Below, piece by piece: positions 1 through 9,307 of a stretch of 64,000 nt of DNA. A program made the translations under genes and the position numbers. Position 1 is the stretch's first letter, and the number at the start of each line of letters is the position of its first letter. Source of the DNA: Sulfurospirillaceae bacterium (GTDB taxonomy: Bacteria; Campylobacterota; Campylobacteria; Campylobacterales; Sulfurospirillaceae); contig JAWVXD010000004.1 of the NCBI GenBank assembly GCA_033723415.1, positions 96,001 through 160,000 on the forward strand, given 5' to 3'. The notes beneath the pieces are model-generated. The model worked only from the letters and a program-made list of their open reading frames with translations. It did not search any database and had not been told where the DNA came from.

Positions 1-303
1 GATACCGAAAAATGGCGTATCGGGATACAAGATCCAAAAAATGCAGATAAAAATATAAATATCATAGAGCTGGATGGAAACTCACTTTGTACTTCAGGTC
101 ACTCAAAAAGATTTAAAAAAATAGACGGCAAAAAGATCTCTCACATAATCGCCAAAAAGAAAAACAATATAGAGCAGATCAGTATCATAGCACCAACTAC
201 GGTCGATGCAGGTATCTGGAGCACGGCTATGCTCGTGAATCCAACACTTTTACCCCCTGCTCATCTGCAAGTTACAAATATAACTTATACAGATGAGGAT
301 TAG
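1..303 (+). CDS. apbE: FAD:protein FMN transferase (ApbE family), C-terminal part; 5' end lies outside the window
   Basis: Manual frame-1 translation DTEKWRIGIQDPKN...LCTSGHSKRFKKIDGKKISHII...ISIIAPTTVDAGIWSTAML...DED, stop TAG at 301-303. W-x-IGIQDP, TSG, SHII and STA motifs are typical of ApbE. Confidence 0.75.
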   Translation, partial: DTEKWRIGIQDPKNADKNINIIELDGNSLCTSGHSKRFKKIDGKKISHIIAKKKNNIEQISIIAPTTVDAGIWSTAMLVNPTLLPPAHLQVTNITYTDED

Positions 304-318
304 GGTTTATTTATAATA

Positions 319-753
319 TCACTGTGGATATGAAACTACGTGAACATTTTTTAATTTGTTATCTACTATAGTGTACTCGATCTGTGTCCCAAGGCGTAAT
401 CTTTGTCTTACGTAACAGACATGACCATCATCCAGGGTTGTCTTATAGGCTTCTATCTCATTATTTGATAAAGCACCTATGATTCCGCCGATTGCCGCAC
501 CTATCAAAGCACCTTTGGCATTATCTCCACCAACCAGTGCTCCACCTACCGCACCGACACCGACACCCGTTAAAACTGCTACTTGAGAGTTATCAATGAT
601 AACTTTTTGCTGGGATATGACATAAGCTTGATGAAAAACTCTCTCTACCCTATTTCCATCCGGTGTATTTACCGCCATCCCATTGCTTGCACAACCTGAG
701 AAAAATATCGAAATTGCAGATACGAAAATTGCGCTAAATATTAGCTTCTTCAT
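319..753 (-). CDS. Glycine-zipper outer-membrane lipoprotein (SlyB/Pcp-like)
   Basis: Lipobox FFSGC; glycine zipper GVGVGAVGGALVG...GALIGAAIGGIIG. Confidence 0.75.
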   Translation of the reverse strand: MKKLIFSAIFVSAISIFFSGCASNGMAVNTPDGNRVERVFHQAYVISQQKVIIDNSQVAVLTGVGVGAVGGALVGGDNAKGALIGAAIGGIIGALSNNEIEAYKTTLDDGHVCYVRQRLRLGTQIEYTIVDNKLKNVHVVSYPQ

Positions 754-1198
754 TATAAAACTCCTTGTTTTCTGTTGCTTTTATAGATGTATCTTTCATG
801 ATATTATTCCATTTTTTGTCAAACAATTTCTTAACAAAAGCACTCTTATGAGGAACTATGCAGTTCGAGCAATCTTGATGCAAGGCACCCTCACTCTCAA
901 AGAAGGAGCCGTTTTTGTGATTGATAGAGCAAAAACTGTACAGTGTCTTTTCTCCTACCTTTTTAACACCTTTATCATCAAATCTAAAGTGAGGACAGGC
1001 ACAAAGGTAACAATTGAGATGCTTCATGTCATGGCATTTTTTATTCTCGGCATAAAGAAAACAAAAATCAGGTTCTTGCTGCTTCATGTTGTCATAATCA
1101 AAATACTCTATGATCTCATCGTCACTCTTGCCATCGAGTTTTGCGATAATCTCGGCGTGTTTTTTGGCGTGCTCGTCACACCACTCTTGATAGGTCAT
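734..1198 (-). CDS. Cysteine-rich small-domain (zinc-finger-like) hypothetical protein
   Basis: FCFLY...KCH...LNCYLCACP...FCSI...QDCSNCIVPH; SD-like AAGGAA upstream. Confidence 0.7.
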   Translation of the reverse strand: MTYQEWCDEHAKKHAEIIAKLDGKSDDEIIEYFDYDNMKQQEPDFCFLYAENKKCHDMKHLNCYLCACPHFRFDDKGVKKVGEKTLYSFCSINHKNGSFFESEGALHQDCSNCIVPHKSAFVKKLFDKKWNNIMKDTSIKATENKEFYNEEANI

Positions 1199-1344
1199 AT
1201 CTTTCCTTGAAAATTTTCACTTAAAAATCCGAATCTCGTTTCATTGTTTCTCTTGGATTAAAAGTACATCTCTTTTGTGATTATATATAAAATTTGATTA
1301 AATATTTGTGGTAAGATATTATATGTGATCAAGACGGAGATTTT

Positions 1345-3171
1345 ATGAAAACAACAATTAAAAATTTTGAAGATACGGCTTTTGCGCATCAGCTCTTTAT
1401 GAACTTTGAATCTTTAAAACCCTCTATGAAAGATTTGATTGCGTTTCATAAGAGTCATAAATTCTTTCTACAATCAAAAGATGAGCTCCTTTATAGAAAA
1501 CTGGGAAAGCTGGTGGGCAATCATGACAACAAGCCTTTTGATGAACTCTTGAGTGAATACAAAACGATCTTTTTACAAGCTCTCTCTAAAGAAAGAGATG
1601 CCAAAACGGCAAAAAATGCGCTCCAGCATATGGCAGGTTTCATCAAAACCGATCTAACAAAGACAGAAAAAACCTTGCTTCACACACAGATAGACGCGTT
1701 TGCAAATAAAGAGGTTTCTATCACGCTGCCTTTGAGTACTCTCAGATCCTATGCGCTCAAATACAACTGCACGTATCTCTTAGAACAAAGCCTTTTAAGC
1801 ACTTACTTAGAAGCGTTTCCACCAAGACGTATCCTTTGGTTTAGACGCGATCTCAGGACCACGGACAATCCTCTTTTGTGCTATGAGGGAGAGGTTTTGC
1901 CTATATTTATATTTGATTCAAACATACTGGATTCTCTAGAGCCTAGCGATAAAAGAGTCTCTTATGTCTTTTACTTTGTCAGCACTCTCAAACAAGAACT
2001 TATAAAAAAAGGACTTGATCTCAAAATTTTTTACGGGAAACCCAAAAGTGTATTTGAGTATCTAAATTACGATATCTTTGATGAGGTCATAGCAAACGTA
2101 GATTATGATAGCTATGCTACAAAACGTGATGCGGAAATCTCTGCTTTAATGGACTTCAAACGGTTGTATGACACCTATATTTTTGAACCAAACGAGATCT
2201 TAAAAAAGGATCTTAGCCCATATCTTGTGTTTACTCCTTTTTACAACAAGGCTTTAGATCTTCTAGAAGAAAAGTACAAAAAATTTGATACCACTTTAAC
2301 GTCGCAAACATTGTATGAGACTGATTATACGGGTATCACATCCATAAAAAACAAAAGAGCAAAACATCTACCTTTGACTTTGGAAAGTATCGGTTTTAGG
2401 GAACAACCCGTGATCAAGACGGATCCTCATGACACACTAGATTTGTTTGTAGATAAGCTCAAAGATTATAAAGAAAAAAGAGATTACCTTGATATTGACG
2501 GGACATCCTCCCTGAGCGTTGCGTTGAGATTTGGAACGTTGTCGGTACGTGAGATACTAAGAGAGATCAAAGGGAAGAAAGGCTCAGAAGCGTTTATCAG
2601 GCAGCTGATATTTCGTGATTTTTATGCGTATCTGCTGTATCATTTCCCGAGTCTTGAGCATACAAACTATAAATACCGATATAACGGTATCGAAGATCCC
2701 AAACGATTTGAAGCGTTTTGCAAAGGTGAAACGGGTGTACCCATCATCGATGCGGGGGTAAGAGAACTGCTGCAAACAGGTAAAATGCACAACCGCGTCC
2801 GCATGATAACGGCTTCATTTTTCACGAAAGACTTGCTGCTGCCTTGGCAGTGGGGTGAGGCTTTTTTTGCGAAATATCTGCTGGATTACGATGCGGCGTC
2901 AAATATCCTATCATGGCAATGGAGTTCCGGAACGGGTATCGATCCACAACCTTATTTTAGAATTTTCAATCCTTACTTGCAAGCCAAAAAGTTTGACAAA
3001 AATGCACATTACATCAAAAGATGGATCCATGAACTTGCTAATCTTGAAGCCGAAAATATTCATGATGAAGCATTTCTCAAAACACATCGTCAAGAAAACT
3101 ATCCCACACCGATAATAGACCACACTATGGCTTCAAAGAGAGCGCTTGATTACTTTAAATCACACAGATAA
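1345..3171 (+). CDS. phrB: DUF1722 (YbgA-like) fused to a DNA photolyase/cryptochrome-family protein
   Basis: N-terminal ~160 aa LIAFHKSHKF...NALQHMAGF...YLLEQ resemble YbgA/DUF1722; then ILWFRRDLRTTDNP, YLVFTPF, TSSLS..LRFG, GETGVPIIDAG, MHNRVRMITASF, LLDYDAASN, WQWSSGTG, PYFRIFNP. SD GGAGA. Confidence 0.9.
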   Translation: MKTTIKNFEDTAFAHQLFMNFESLKPSMKDLIAFHKSHKFFLQSKDELLYRKLGKLVGNHDNKPFDELLSEYKTIFLQALSKERDAKTAKNALQHMAGFIKTDLTKTEKTLLHTQIDAFANKEVSITLPLSTLRSYALKYNCTYLLEQSLLSTYLEAFPPRRILWFRRDLRTTDNPLLCYEGEVLPIFIFDSNILDSLEPSDKRVSYVFYFVSTLKQELIKKGLDLKIFYGKPKSVFEYLNYDIFDEVIANVDYDSYATKRDAEISALMDFKRLYDTYIFEPNEILKKDLSPYLVFTPFYNKALDLLEEKYKKFDTTLTSQTLYETDYTGITSIKNKRAKHLPLTLESIGFREQPVIKTDPHDTLDLFVDKLKDYKEKRDYLDIDGTSSLSVALRFGTLSVREILREIKGKKGSEAFIRQLIFRDFYAYLLYHFPSLEHTNYKYRYNGIEDPKRFEAFCKGETGVPIIDAGVRELLQTGKMHNRVRMITASFFTKDLLLPWQWGEAFFAKYLLDYDAASNILSWQWSSGTGIDPQPYFRIFNPYLQAKKFDKNAHYIKRWIHELANLEAENIHDEAFLKTHRQENYPTPIIDHTMASKRALDYFKSHR

Positions 3172-3242
3172 AAGATAACAAACATTCCAAATAATATAGA
3201 CATATAGAAATTTGATGTATCATGATATTAAAGGAGTTAGTT

Positions 3243-3746
3243 ATGAAATACATCGTTTTAATGCTAGCCTATCTTTTTTCAGGGTGCAGCAGCAACTATC
3301 CGCATCTTGCAACAGTAGACAAAGTCGATCTAAATCGTTATCTTGGGACATGGTATGAAATCGCGAGATACGATCATGTATTTGAGCGTGGTTGTGTTAA
3401 TGTAAGTGCAACATATTCACTCAAGAAAAACGGCAAGATTCAAGTAGTAAACCGCTGCGAAACCTCAGAAGGCAAGCAAAAAGAAGCCATAGGCTCTGCT
3501 TACGCGGTGGATGATAGCAACAGCAAACTCAAAGTAACTTTTTTTTGGCCGTTTTACGGTAACTATTGGATCATAAAGTTAGATTCTAATTACACTTATG
3601 CCCTTATCGGAGATCCATCTAGAAAATACCTCTGGATCTTATCACGTACCAAAAAGCTTGATGAAGATGTGAAAGCCAAGCTCTTAAGCTCCTTGCCTGC
3701 TTTGGGTTACACACAAGACAAGCTCATCTGGACACCACAAAAATAA
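3243..3746 (+). CDS. blc: Outer-membrane lipocalin (Blc)
   Basis: Lipobox LFSGC, RYLGTWYEIAR, LKVTFFWPFYGNYW, YLWILSR; start moved to ATG 3243 behind SD AAGGAG. Confidence 0.9.
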   Translation: MKYIVLMLAYLFSGCSSNYPHLATVDKVDLNRYLGTWYEIARYDHVFERGCVNVSATYSLKKNGKIQVVNRCETSEGKQKEAIGSAYAVDDSNSKLKVTFFWPFYGNYWIIKLDSNYTYALIGDPSRKYLWILSRTKKLDEDVKAKLLSSLPALGYTQDKLIWTPQK

Positions 3747-3755
3747 GGATAAACG

Positions 3756-4205
3756 ATGCAAATTTTTGAGAAAAGCTCTTTGTTAGATTGCGATATAGTA
3801 AAACTCTTTGATTTTCATCTCGATGTCAATAATCTCCAAAAGATCACACCTGCAAATATGCATGTAAGTCTTCTAAATCCCGATTTTGTGCCCAAACAAG
3901 GAGCCAGACTAAAGATAAAATCAACCAAATATATGCTTTCCAGTTATTGGGAGGTTGAGATACGAACGCTTCAATCTCCAAATCTGCTCGTTGATGTTGC
4001 GATAAAATCACCGTTTAGATCTTGGGAACACAGACATATCTTTACGCAAATCGGGAATCAATGCGAACTTAGGGACGTAGTGATGTTTGAGCTTCCTTTT
4101 GGATTTTTGGGCTCACTCTTGAATCCTCTTGTGCAAAAAGAGCTTAACAACATGTTTGAATTCAGGCATAATATCACAAAACAACTATTGAAGGAGGCAT
4201 CATGA
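3756..4205 (+). CDS. SRPBCC/START-family lipid-binding protein
   Basis: [16 protein letters not shown]...[12 protein letters not shown]...[15 protein letters not shown]...MFEFRH pattern. Confidence 0.8.
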   Translation: MQIFEKSSLLDCDIVKLFDFHLDVNNLQKITPANMHVSLLNPDFVPKQGARLKIKSTKYMLSSYWEVEIRTLQSPNLLVDVAIKSPFRSWEHRHIFTQIGNQCELRDVVMFELPFGFLGSLLNPLVQKELNNMFEFRHNITKQLLKEAS

Positions 4206-4735
4206 AATATCTCTTGGTAGCACTGGCACTCACTTTACATCTTTTTGGAGGTACAAATATGAGCATCTACGATATACAAGTCAAAACGATTGATGGTAAA
4301 ACGATCAAACTGGACAAATACAAAGGTCGCGTCATGTTGATCGTAAATGTCGCGAGCAAGTGTGGATTTACGCCACAATACAAGGGCTTGGAAGATTTAT
4401 ATGCCAAGTATCACGATAAGGGTCTCAGTATCCTAGGTTTTCCTTGCAATCAGTTTCTCTCTCAAGAACCAGGAACCAATCAAGAAATCCAGAAATTCTG
4501 CACTCTTACATATGGAGTCAAATTTGACATGTTCGCCAAGATCAACGTCAACGGCGATGAGGCACATCCGCTTTATAAATATCTCAAAGACAAAGAACCT
4601 GGATTTATGGGAACAGAATTTATCAAATGGAACTTTACAAAGTTTTTGGTAGATCGAAAAGGTAATGTAGTAAAAAGATATGCTCCATCAACGGAGCCAA
4701 AAGAGATAGAAAAAGATATAGAAAAATTACTCTAA
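4202..4735 (+). CDS. Glutathione peroxidase-family peroxidase (Cys type), with N-terminal signal-like peptide
   Basis: [33 protein letters not shown]; the peroxidatic residue is Cys (TGT), not Sec. Confidence 0.92.
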   Translation: MKYLLVALALTLHLFGGTNMSIYDIQVKTIDGKTIKLDKYKGRVMLIVNVASKCGFTPQYKGLEDLYAKYHDKGLSILGFPCNQFLSQEPGTNQEIQKFCTLTYGVKFDMFAKINVNGDEAHPLYKYLKDKEPGFMGTEFIKWNFTKFLVDRKGNVVKRYAPSTEPKEIEKDIEKLL

Positions 4736-4745
4736 AGGATAGATC

Positions 4746-5009
4746 ATGTTAAAAGAATTATTATACACGGGAGTAGGAGCAGCCGTAGTTTTCAAAGAAA
4801 AAGTAGAAGAAGAGATCAAAAAGCTCGAAGAAAAAGGCAAGATCAATACCAAAGATGCCAAAAGCTTTTTGGAATCCATCGAAAAAAAAGGCAAAGAAGA
4901 AGATGAAAGGATGAGAGAAAAACTAAAATCAACGTTAAAAGAGATCTTAGATGAATTAGGGATCGCCACTAAAGACGATCTTGAAAAATTAAAAGAGGAT
5001 CTAAAATAA
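4746..5009 (+). CDS. Phasin/polyhydroxyalkanoate-granule-associated-like small protein
   Basis: LKELLYTGVGAA...KGKINTKDAK...LGIATKDDLEKL; this type is typically found next to ABC1 kinases. Confidence 0.7.
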   Translation: MLKELLYTGVGAAVVFKEKVEEEIKKLEEKGKINTKDAKSFLESIEKKGKEEDERMREKLKSTLKEILDELGIATKDDLEKLKEDLK

Positions 5010-5026
5010 AATCTTTTATCTATACT

Positions 5027-6562
5027 TTGAAATATTATAAGATTACACGAGTCTATAGTATATTTAGATTTTTGCTGAGTATCTACCTTGTCATTAAAAA
5101 AAGAGAGTTTTTTTTAGGGATTAGGGCTCTTTGTCCAAAAGCTCTCAAACAAACGATCATAGATCTAGGAGCCAGTTTTATCAAATTGGCGCAAGTGTTG
5201 GCGACAAGATCTGATTTTTTTGATGAAGAGTACATAACTGAGCTCAAAGAGTTACACGACAAACTCCCGCCTATGAAGCAGGATGAATTTGAAAAAGTAT
5301 TTAATAGGTCCTTTGGCAAAGATGCCTTTGCATCAATCGAACAAATGCCCATAGCCTCTGCTTCGATAGGCCAAGTCCATGTTGCATACACGCATGAGAA
5401 TGAAAAAGTCGCCGTCAAACTAAGACGATTTGATATCGAACGAAAAGTCAAGGCAGACATCAAGATCATCGGTTTTTTCAATTCATTGTTCAAACCGCTT
5501 TTTTCACACTATACAAAAAATTCTATAGAAGCGGTCATCAGTGAATTTTCCAAGATGATCATGCAAGAAGTCAGCTTTTCGCATGAGCTGCAAAATCTCA
5601 TTAAATTTTCACAAACCTATAAAGACAGCGGTATCAAATTTCCCACTCCACTTTGTGAGCTTTGCTGTGATGAAGCATTGGTCATGAGCTATGAAGAGGG
5701 TTTTAGATTTGATGATAAAAAAAATATCCTAAAACACAAGATAGACTTTCACTCCATCATATCCAAATTAGTCAATTTTTACACCGAGCAAATGCTCATC
5801 AACGGTTACTTTCACGCCGATCCGCATCCTGGAAATCTGCTTGTAAACAAACAAGGGGAACTCATCCTACTGGATTTTGGGATGGTAAAAACCATACCAA
5901 ACCAGACAAGAATAGCGATCATCTCACTTATAAAAGCAGCACATGAACAAGATTATGAAGCCTATATAAGCGCTTCAAAAAAACTAGGCACGATCGCTTA
6001 TGAAGCTCCTGTTTCGGAATTGGCAGAATTTACAAGCAGGATGTTTGATATATTTTCAAACAATAATCTATCCAGCGAATCGATGCAAAAACTGGCATTT
6101 GAAGTGTTGGAATCAACCAGAAATCTTCCGTTTAAACTCCCAAGTGATGCGATTTATATACTTAGAGTAAGTGCTATCATAGAGGGACTTGGAACTACAT
6201 ATATAGAAAATTTTAATGGTATAAAGGATATACTTCCTATTTTACAGCAAAACATTCCAAAGGCTCTGGGAGCCAAAGAGAGCATCATAGAAACCTTGAT
6301 AGATGAGATAAAAGATATACCGTTCATCACCAAAGATTTCAAAGCAGCGATTCGCAAAATAAGCAGTGATGAACTAAAAGTCGAGATCTCAAATGATCAA
6401 GTAGAGTGGATCAAAAAGAGTTTACATGACCAGGTCAAATCGTACGCTCTATCCTTCACTTTTATCCTAGGCGGTATTGCAGTGCTGATTTACGATAAAG
6501 ATCTCAAAGAAGTTGCTATTGGTCTTTTTGTATTTGGCATAGCAAGAATTATTTATAAGTAG
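5027..6562 (+). CDS. ABC1/AarF/UbiB-family atypical kinase
   Basis: FIKLAQVLATRSD, PIASASIGQVH, VAVKLRR, FHADPHPGNL, LLDFGM; two C-terminal TM helices. Confidence 0.92.
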   Translation: MKYYKITRVYSIFRFLLSIYLVIKKREFFLGIRALCPKALKQTIIDLGASFIKLAQVLATRSDFFDEEYITELKELHDKLPPMKQDEFEKVFNRSFGKDAFASIEQMPIASASIGQVHVAYTHENEKVAVKLRRFDIERKVKADIKIIGFFNSLFKPLFSHYTKNSIEAVISEFSKMIMQEVSFSHELQNLIKFSQTYKDSGIKFPTPLCELCCDEALVMSYEEGFRFDDKKNILKHKIDFHSIISKLVNFYTEQMLINGYFHADPHPGNLLVNKQGELILLDFGMVKTIPNQTRIAIISLIKAAHEQDYEAYISASKKLGTIAYEAPVSELAEFTSRMFDIFSNNNLSSESMQKLAFEVLESTRNLPFKLPSDAIYILRVSAIIEGLGTTYIENFNGIKDILPILQQNIPKALGAKESIIETLIDEIKDIPFITKDFKAAIRKISSDELKVEISNDQVEWIKKSLHDQVKSYALSFTFILGGIAVLIYDKDLKEVAIGLFVFGIARIIYK

Positions 6563-6584
6563 TCTAAAAATTTAAGGCGTAACA

Positions 6585-6986
6585 ATGCAGATAGAAATCT
6601 CAACTCCGGCACTTTTGTTTCCGGCAGTTTCACTTTTACTTCTTGCCTATACTAACCGCTTTTTGGCAACGGCAAGTTTGATCAGACTACTAAACTCTCA
6701 AATAAAAGATGAAGACAATTGTGAACTAACGGGACAGATCGACAATCTCAAAAAAAGACTAGAGCTCACAAAGTGGATGCAGTTTTTTGGAGTTGTATCC
6801 ATTCTACTTTGCACTATATCTATGTTTGGTTTGTTCTTAGATTATGTAGAAATCGGGAAAAAAGTTTTTGGTTTAAGTTTAGTCACTATGTGCATCTCAC
6901 TTCTCATATCTCTGTGGGAAGTTGTAATATCGACAAATGCGTTAAATCTAGAGCTTAAAAATCTAGATTCAAAATGCAAACAATGA
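6585..6986 (+). CDS. DUF2721-like membrane protein
   Basis: STPALLFPAVSLLLLAYTNRF...QIDNLKKRL...SLWEVVISTNAL. Confidence 0.75.
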   Translation: MQIEISTPALLFPAVSLLLLAYTNRFLATASLIRLLNSQIKDEDNCELTGQIDNLKKRLELTKWMQFFGVVSILLCTISMFGLFLDYVEIGKKVFGLSLVTMCISLLISLWEVVISTNALNLELKNLDSKCKQ

Positions 6987-7003
6987 TCAGTAAAAGAGTA
7001 TAA

Positions 7004-7642
7004 ATGCTAGATTTACAACATATGCGAAGAGAATACATGAAAAGCGAGCTTGATATATCAACTGTGGATAAGAACCCCTTTGTGCAGTTTGAAAGATGGT
7101 TTTCACAAGCACTAAATTCTGAGATATCTGAACCAAACAGCATGATACTAGCAACCAGCGGAAGTGATAATATACCTAATATAAGAGCGGTGCTTTTAAA
7201 AATATTTGATGAGAGAGGCTTTGTTTTTTTTACAAATTATAACTCACAAAAAGCCAAAGAAATAAGTGAAAACCCAAATGTTGCATTAGAATTTTTATGG
7301 CTTGATCTAGAGAGACAGGTACGAATAATCGGAATATGTGAAAAAATATCGCAAAGCGAATCTATATCTTATTTTGCAAAAAGATCGCGTGGAAGCCAGC
7401 TTGGAGCTTGGATAAGCGAACAAAGCAAAATCATAAACTCCAGACAGATGCTTTTGATGCAAATCGAAAAAATGAAAGAAAAATTTAAAAATGGAAAAAT
7501 CCCTCTTCCTGATTTTTGGGGCGGATATAGAGTCATACCGCAAAAAATAGAATTTTGGCAAGGAAGAGAAGACCGGATACATGATAGAATATTATATGAA
7601 AAAAAAGACAACACATGGGAGCTAAAGAGATTAGCGCCATGA
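7004..7642 (+). CDS. pdxH: Pyridoxine/pyridoxamine 5'-phosphate oxidase
   Basis: RAVLLK, FFTNYNSQK, ERQVRI, SQLGAWIS, PDFWGGYRV, EFWQGREDRIHDR, RLAP. Confidence 0.96.
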   Translation: MLDLQHMRREYMKSELDISTVDKNPFVQFERWFSQALNSEISEPNSMILATSGSDNIPNIRAVLLKIFDERGFVFFTNYNSQKAKEISENPNVALEFLWLDLERQVRIIGICEKISQSESISYFAKRSRGSQLGAWISEQSKIINSRQMLLMQIEKMKEKFKNGKIPLPDFWGGYRVIPQKIEFWQGREDRIHDRILYEKKDNTWELKRLAP

Positions 7643-7661
7643 GAGATGAGAGGGAAAAGAG

Positions 7662-8486
7662 ATGAAGATAGCATTAAACGGGGCATCAGGGTTTGTAGGC
7701 ACACGCTTAAGAGAGCGATTTCGTGATCATGTCATCATAGAAAAAACAGATAACGTAGATGAGATCTTGACAAAACTTGATGGTGTAGATGTCGCAATCA
7801 ATCTAGCAGGTGCACCTATCATAAAAAAATGGGATGATGAGTACAAAAAGGTTTTGATAGACAGTAGGATTGAAAGTACTCAAAAACTTGTACAAGCCGT
7901 AAATAAAAGCGACGTCAAACAACTCATCTCTACTTCTGCGATAGGTATCTATCCAAATAATGCGCCTTATGATGAATACTGCAGAGATTATGCCGATGAT
8001 TTTCTAGGAAAATTGGCACTAGCTTGGGAAGGCGAAGCAAAAAAATGCCATAAAACAACTGCTATCTTAAGACTAGGTGTTGTTTTAGGGAAAGAGGGAG
8101 GTGCTCTAAAGCAGATGTTACCGCCTTTTAAACTAGGTCTTGGCGGAACTATAGGCTATGGGAAGATGATCACCAGCTGGATCGATATAGATGATTTGAT
8201 GAACATCTACGAATTTGTCATCGAAAAACATTTAAACGGTGTCTTCAATGCCGTATCTCCGAATCCTGTTACAAATTTTGAACTAACCAAAACATTGGGG
8301 AAAGTCTTGTTTAGACCGACTTTTTTACCTCTTCCTGAGTCATTTTTAAATGTAATGTTTGGAGAAGCTGCAAGTGTCGTAACTGATTCGAAAGAAGTTT
8401 ATCCAAAATTTTTGCAAGAATTACAGTTCAAGTTTTCATATCCGGATATAAAATCTTCTTTGATGCATTTGCTGAAGAATAAGTAA
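7662..8486 (+). CDS. TIGR01777-family NAD-dependent epimerase (YfcH-like)
   Basis: GASGFVG, INLAGAPI, SRIEST, LRLGVVLGKEGGAL, FKLGLGG, SWIDIDD, NAVSPNPV. Confidence 0.9.
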   Translation: MKIALNGASGFVGTRLRERFRDHVIIEKTDNVDEILTKLDGVDVAINLAGAPIIKKWDDEYKKVLIDSRIESTQKLVQAVNKSDVKQLISTSAIGIYPNNAPYDEYCRDYADDFLGKLALAWEGEAKKCHKTTAILRLGVVLGKEGGALKQMLPPFKLGLGGTIGYGKMITSWIDIDDLMNIYEFVIEKHLNGVFNAVSPNPVTNFELTKTLGKVLFRPTFLPLPESFLNVMFGEAASVVTDSKEVYPKFLQELQFKFSYPDIKSSLMHLLKNK

Positions 8487-8487
8487 A

Positions 8488-9306
8488 TTAATTTTCTTGA
8501 GGAAAATCTGTAAAGACTGATTTGACTCCCCAATTAAAGAGCTTTTCTATGTCTGATCTTTTATTGACCGTATAGACGTTTACAAAAAATCCTGCATTGT
8601 TTAGCTTTTTTACCAAGGTCTCATCCGTAATATCAAAGTCCGGATTGTAACTTTTTACATGCAAGCCCTTTAGGTACTCAACAAGATTTGCAGGATGATG
8701 ATCCTCCTGTAAAGCAGCTATCTCTATGTCAGGGGCAAGATCATGTATCTGTTTTAAGTACTCATGATTAAATGATGATATACAGACCATATCTTTCATA
8801 TTGTGCTTTTCAACTATCTTCAACACTTCCTTTGCTGCTATCTCATCAAATCGAGTCTCTTTTGCATCTTTTATCTCGATATTTGCGATCATTTTGTTTT
8901 TTTTCAAGAAAGCCAGCAACTCATCAAGAGTCAATATCCTCTGGATATCCAGCTTATCTAATTCTGATTTTAAACCTTCGTCTTTTTTAATAGTACCGAA
9001 TGGATCTTCTTTTACAAACCAAGAGCCAAAATCCAGCTTCAACAGCTGTGCATAATCATAATCTACAACATTGTAAGGCGCTTTGAATTCTTTATGATCT
9101 CTCACATCACTGGTACGCTCTAGCGTGTCGTCATGTATGATTACAGCGACTCCATCGCGGCTAAATCCTACATCGAACTCTACCATGTCACATTTGCCTA
9201 AAGATTGGACAAATGCCGACATAGTATTTTCTGCTCTTATGGATCTAGCTCCACGATGAGCGATTATGAGATGTTTGTCTTTTTCAAAATTATCCCAAAA
9301 ATTCAT
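8488..9306 (-). CDS. ugpQ: Cytoplasmic glycerophosphodiester phosphodiesterase (UgpQ-like)
   Basis: IIAHRGA, ENTMSAF, EFDV, IHDDTLERT, NIEIK, ISSF, VYTVN, FTDFP; no signal peptide. Confidence 0.9.
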   Translation of the reverse strand: MNFWDNFEKDKHLIIAHRGARSIRAENTMSAFVQSLGKCDMVEFDVGFSRDGVAVIIHDDTLERTSDVRDHKEFKAPYNVVDYDYAQLLKLDFGSWFVKEDPFGTIKKDEGLKSELDKLDIQRILTLDELLAFLKKNKMIANIEIKDAKETRFDEIAAKEVLKIVEKHNMKDMVCISSFNHEYLKQIHDLAPDIEIAALQEDHHPANLVEYLKGLHVKSYNPDFDITDETLVKKLNNAGFFVNVYTVNKRSDIEKLFNWGVKSVFTDFPQEN

Positions 9307-9307
9307 C

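Noticed and set aside
683..1210. Antisense and overlapping short ORFs in the track (e.g. 683-1210, 5083-5493, 25633-26031, 58997-59395)
   Set aside because: They lie opposite or inside well-supported genes and show no recognisable motifs or SD sequences.
4202..4735. Further selenoproteins (peroxidase, ArsC, DsbC-like, small disulfide protein, rhodanese, YedF)
   Set aside because: All have Cys codons at their active sites; terminal TGA codons fall at the expected protein ends.
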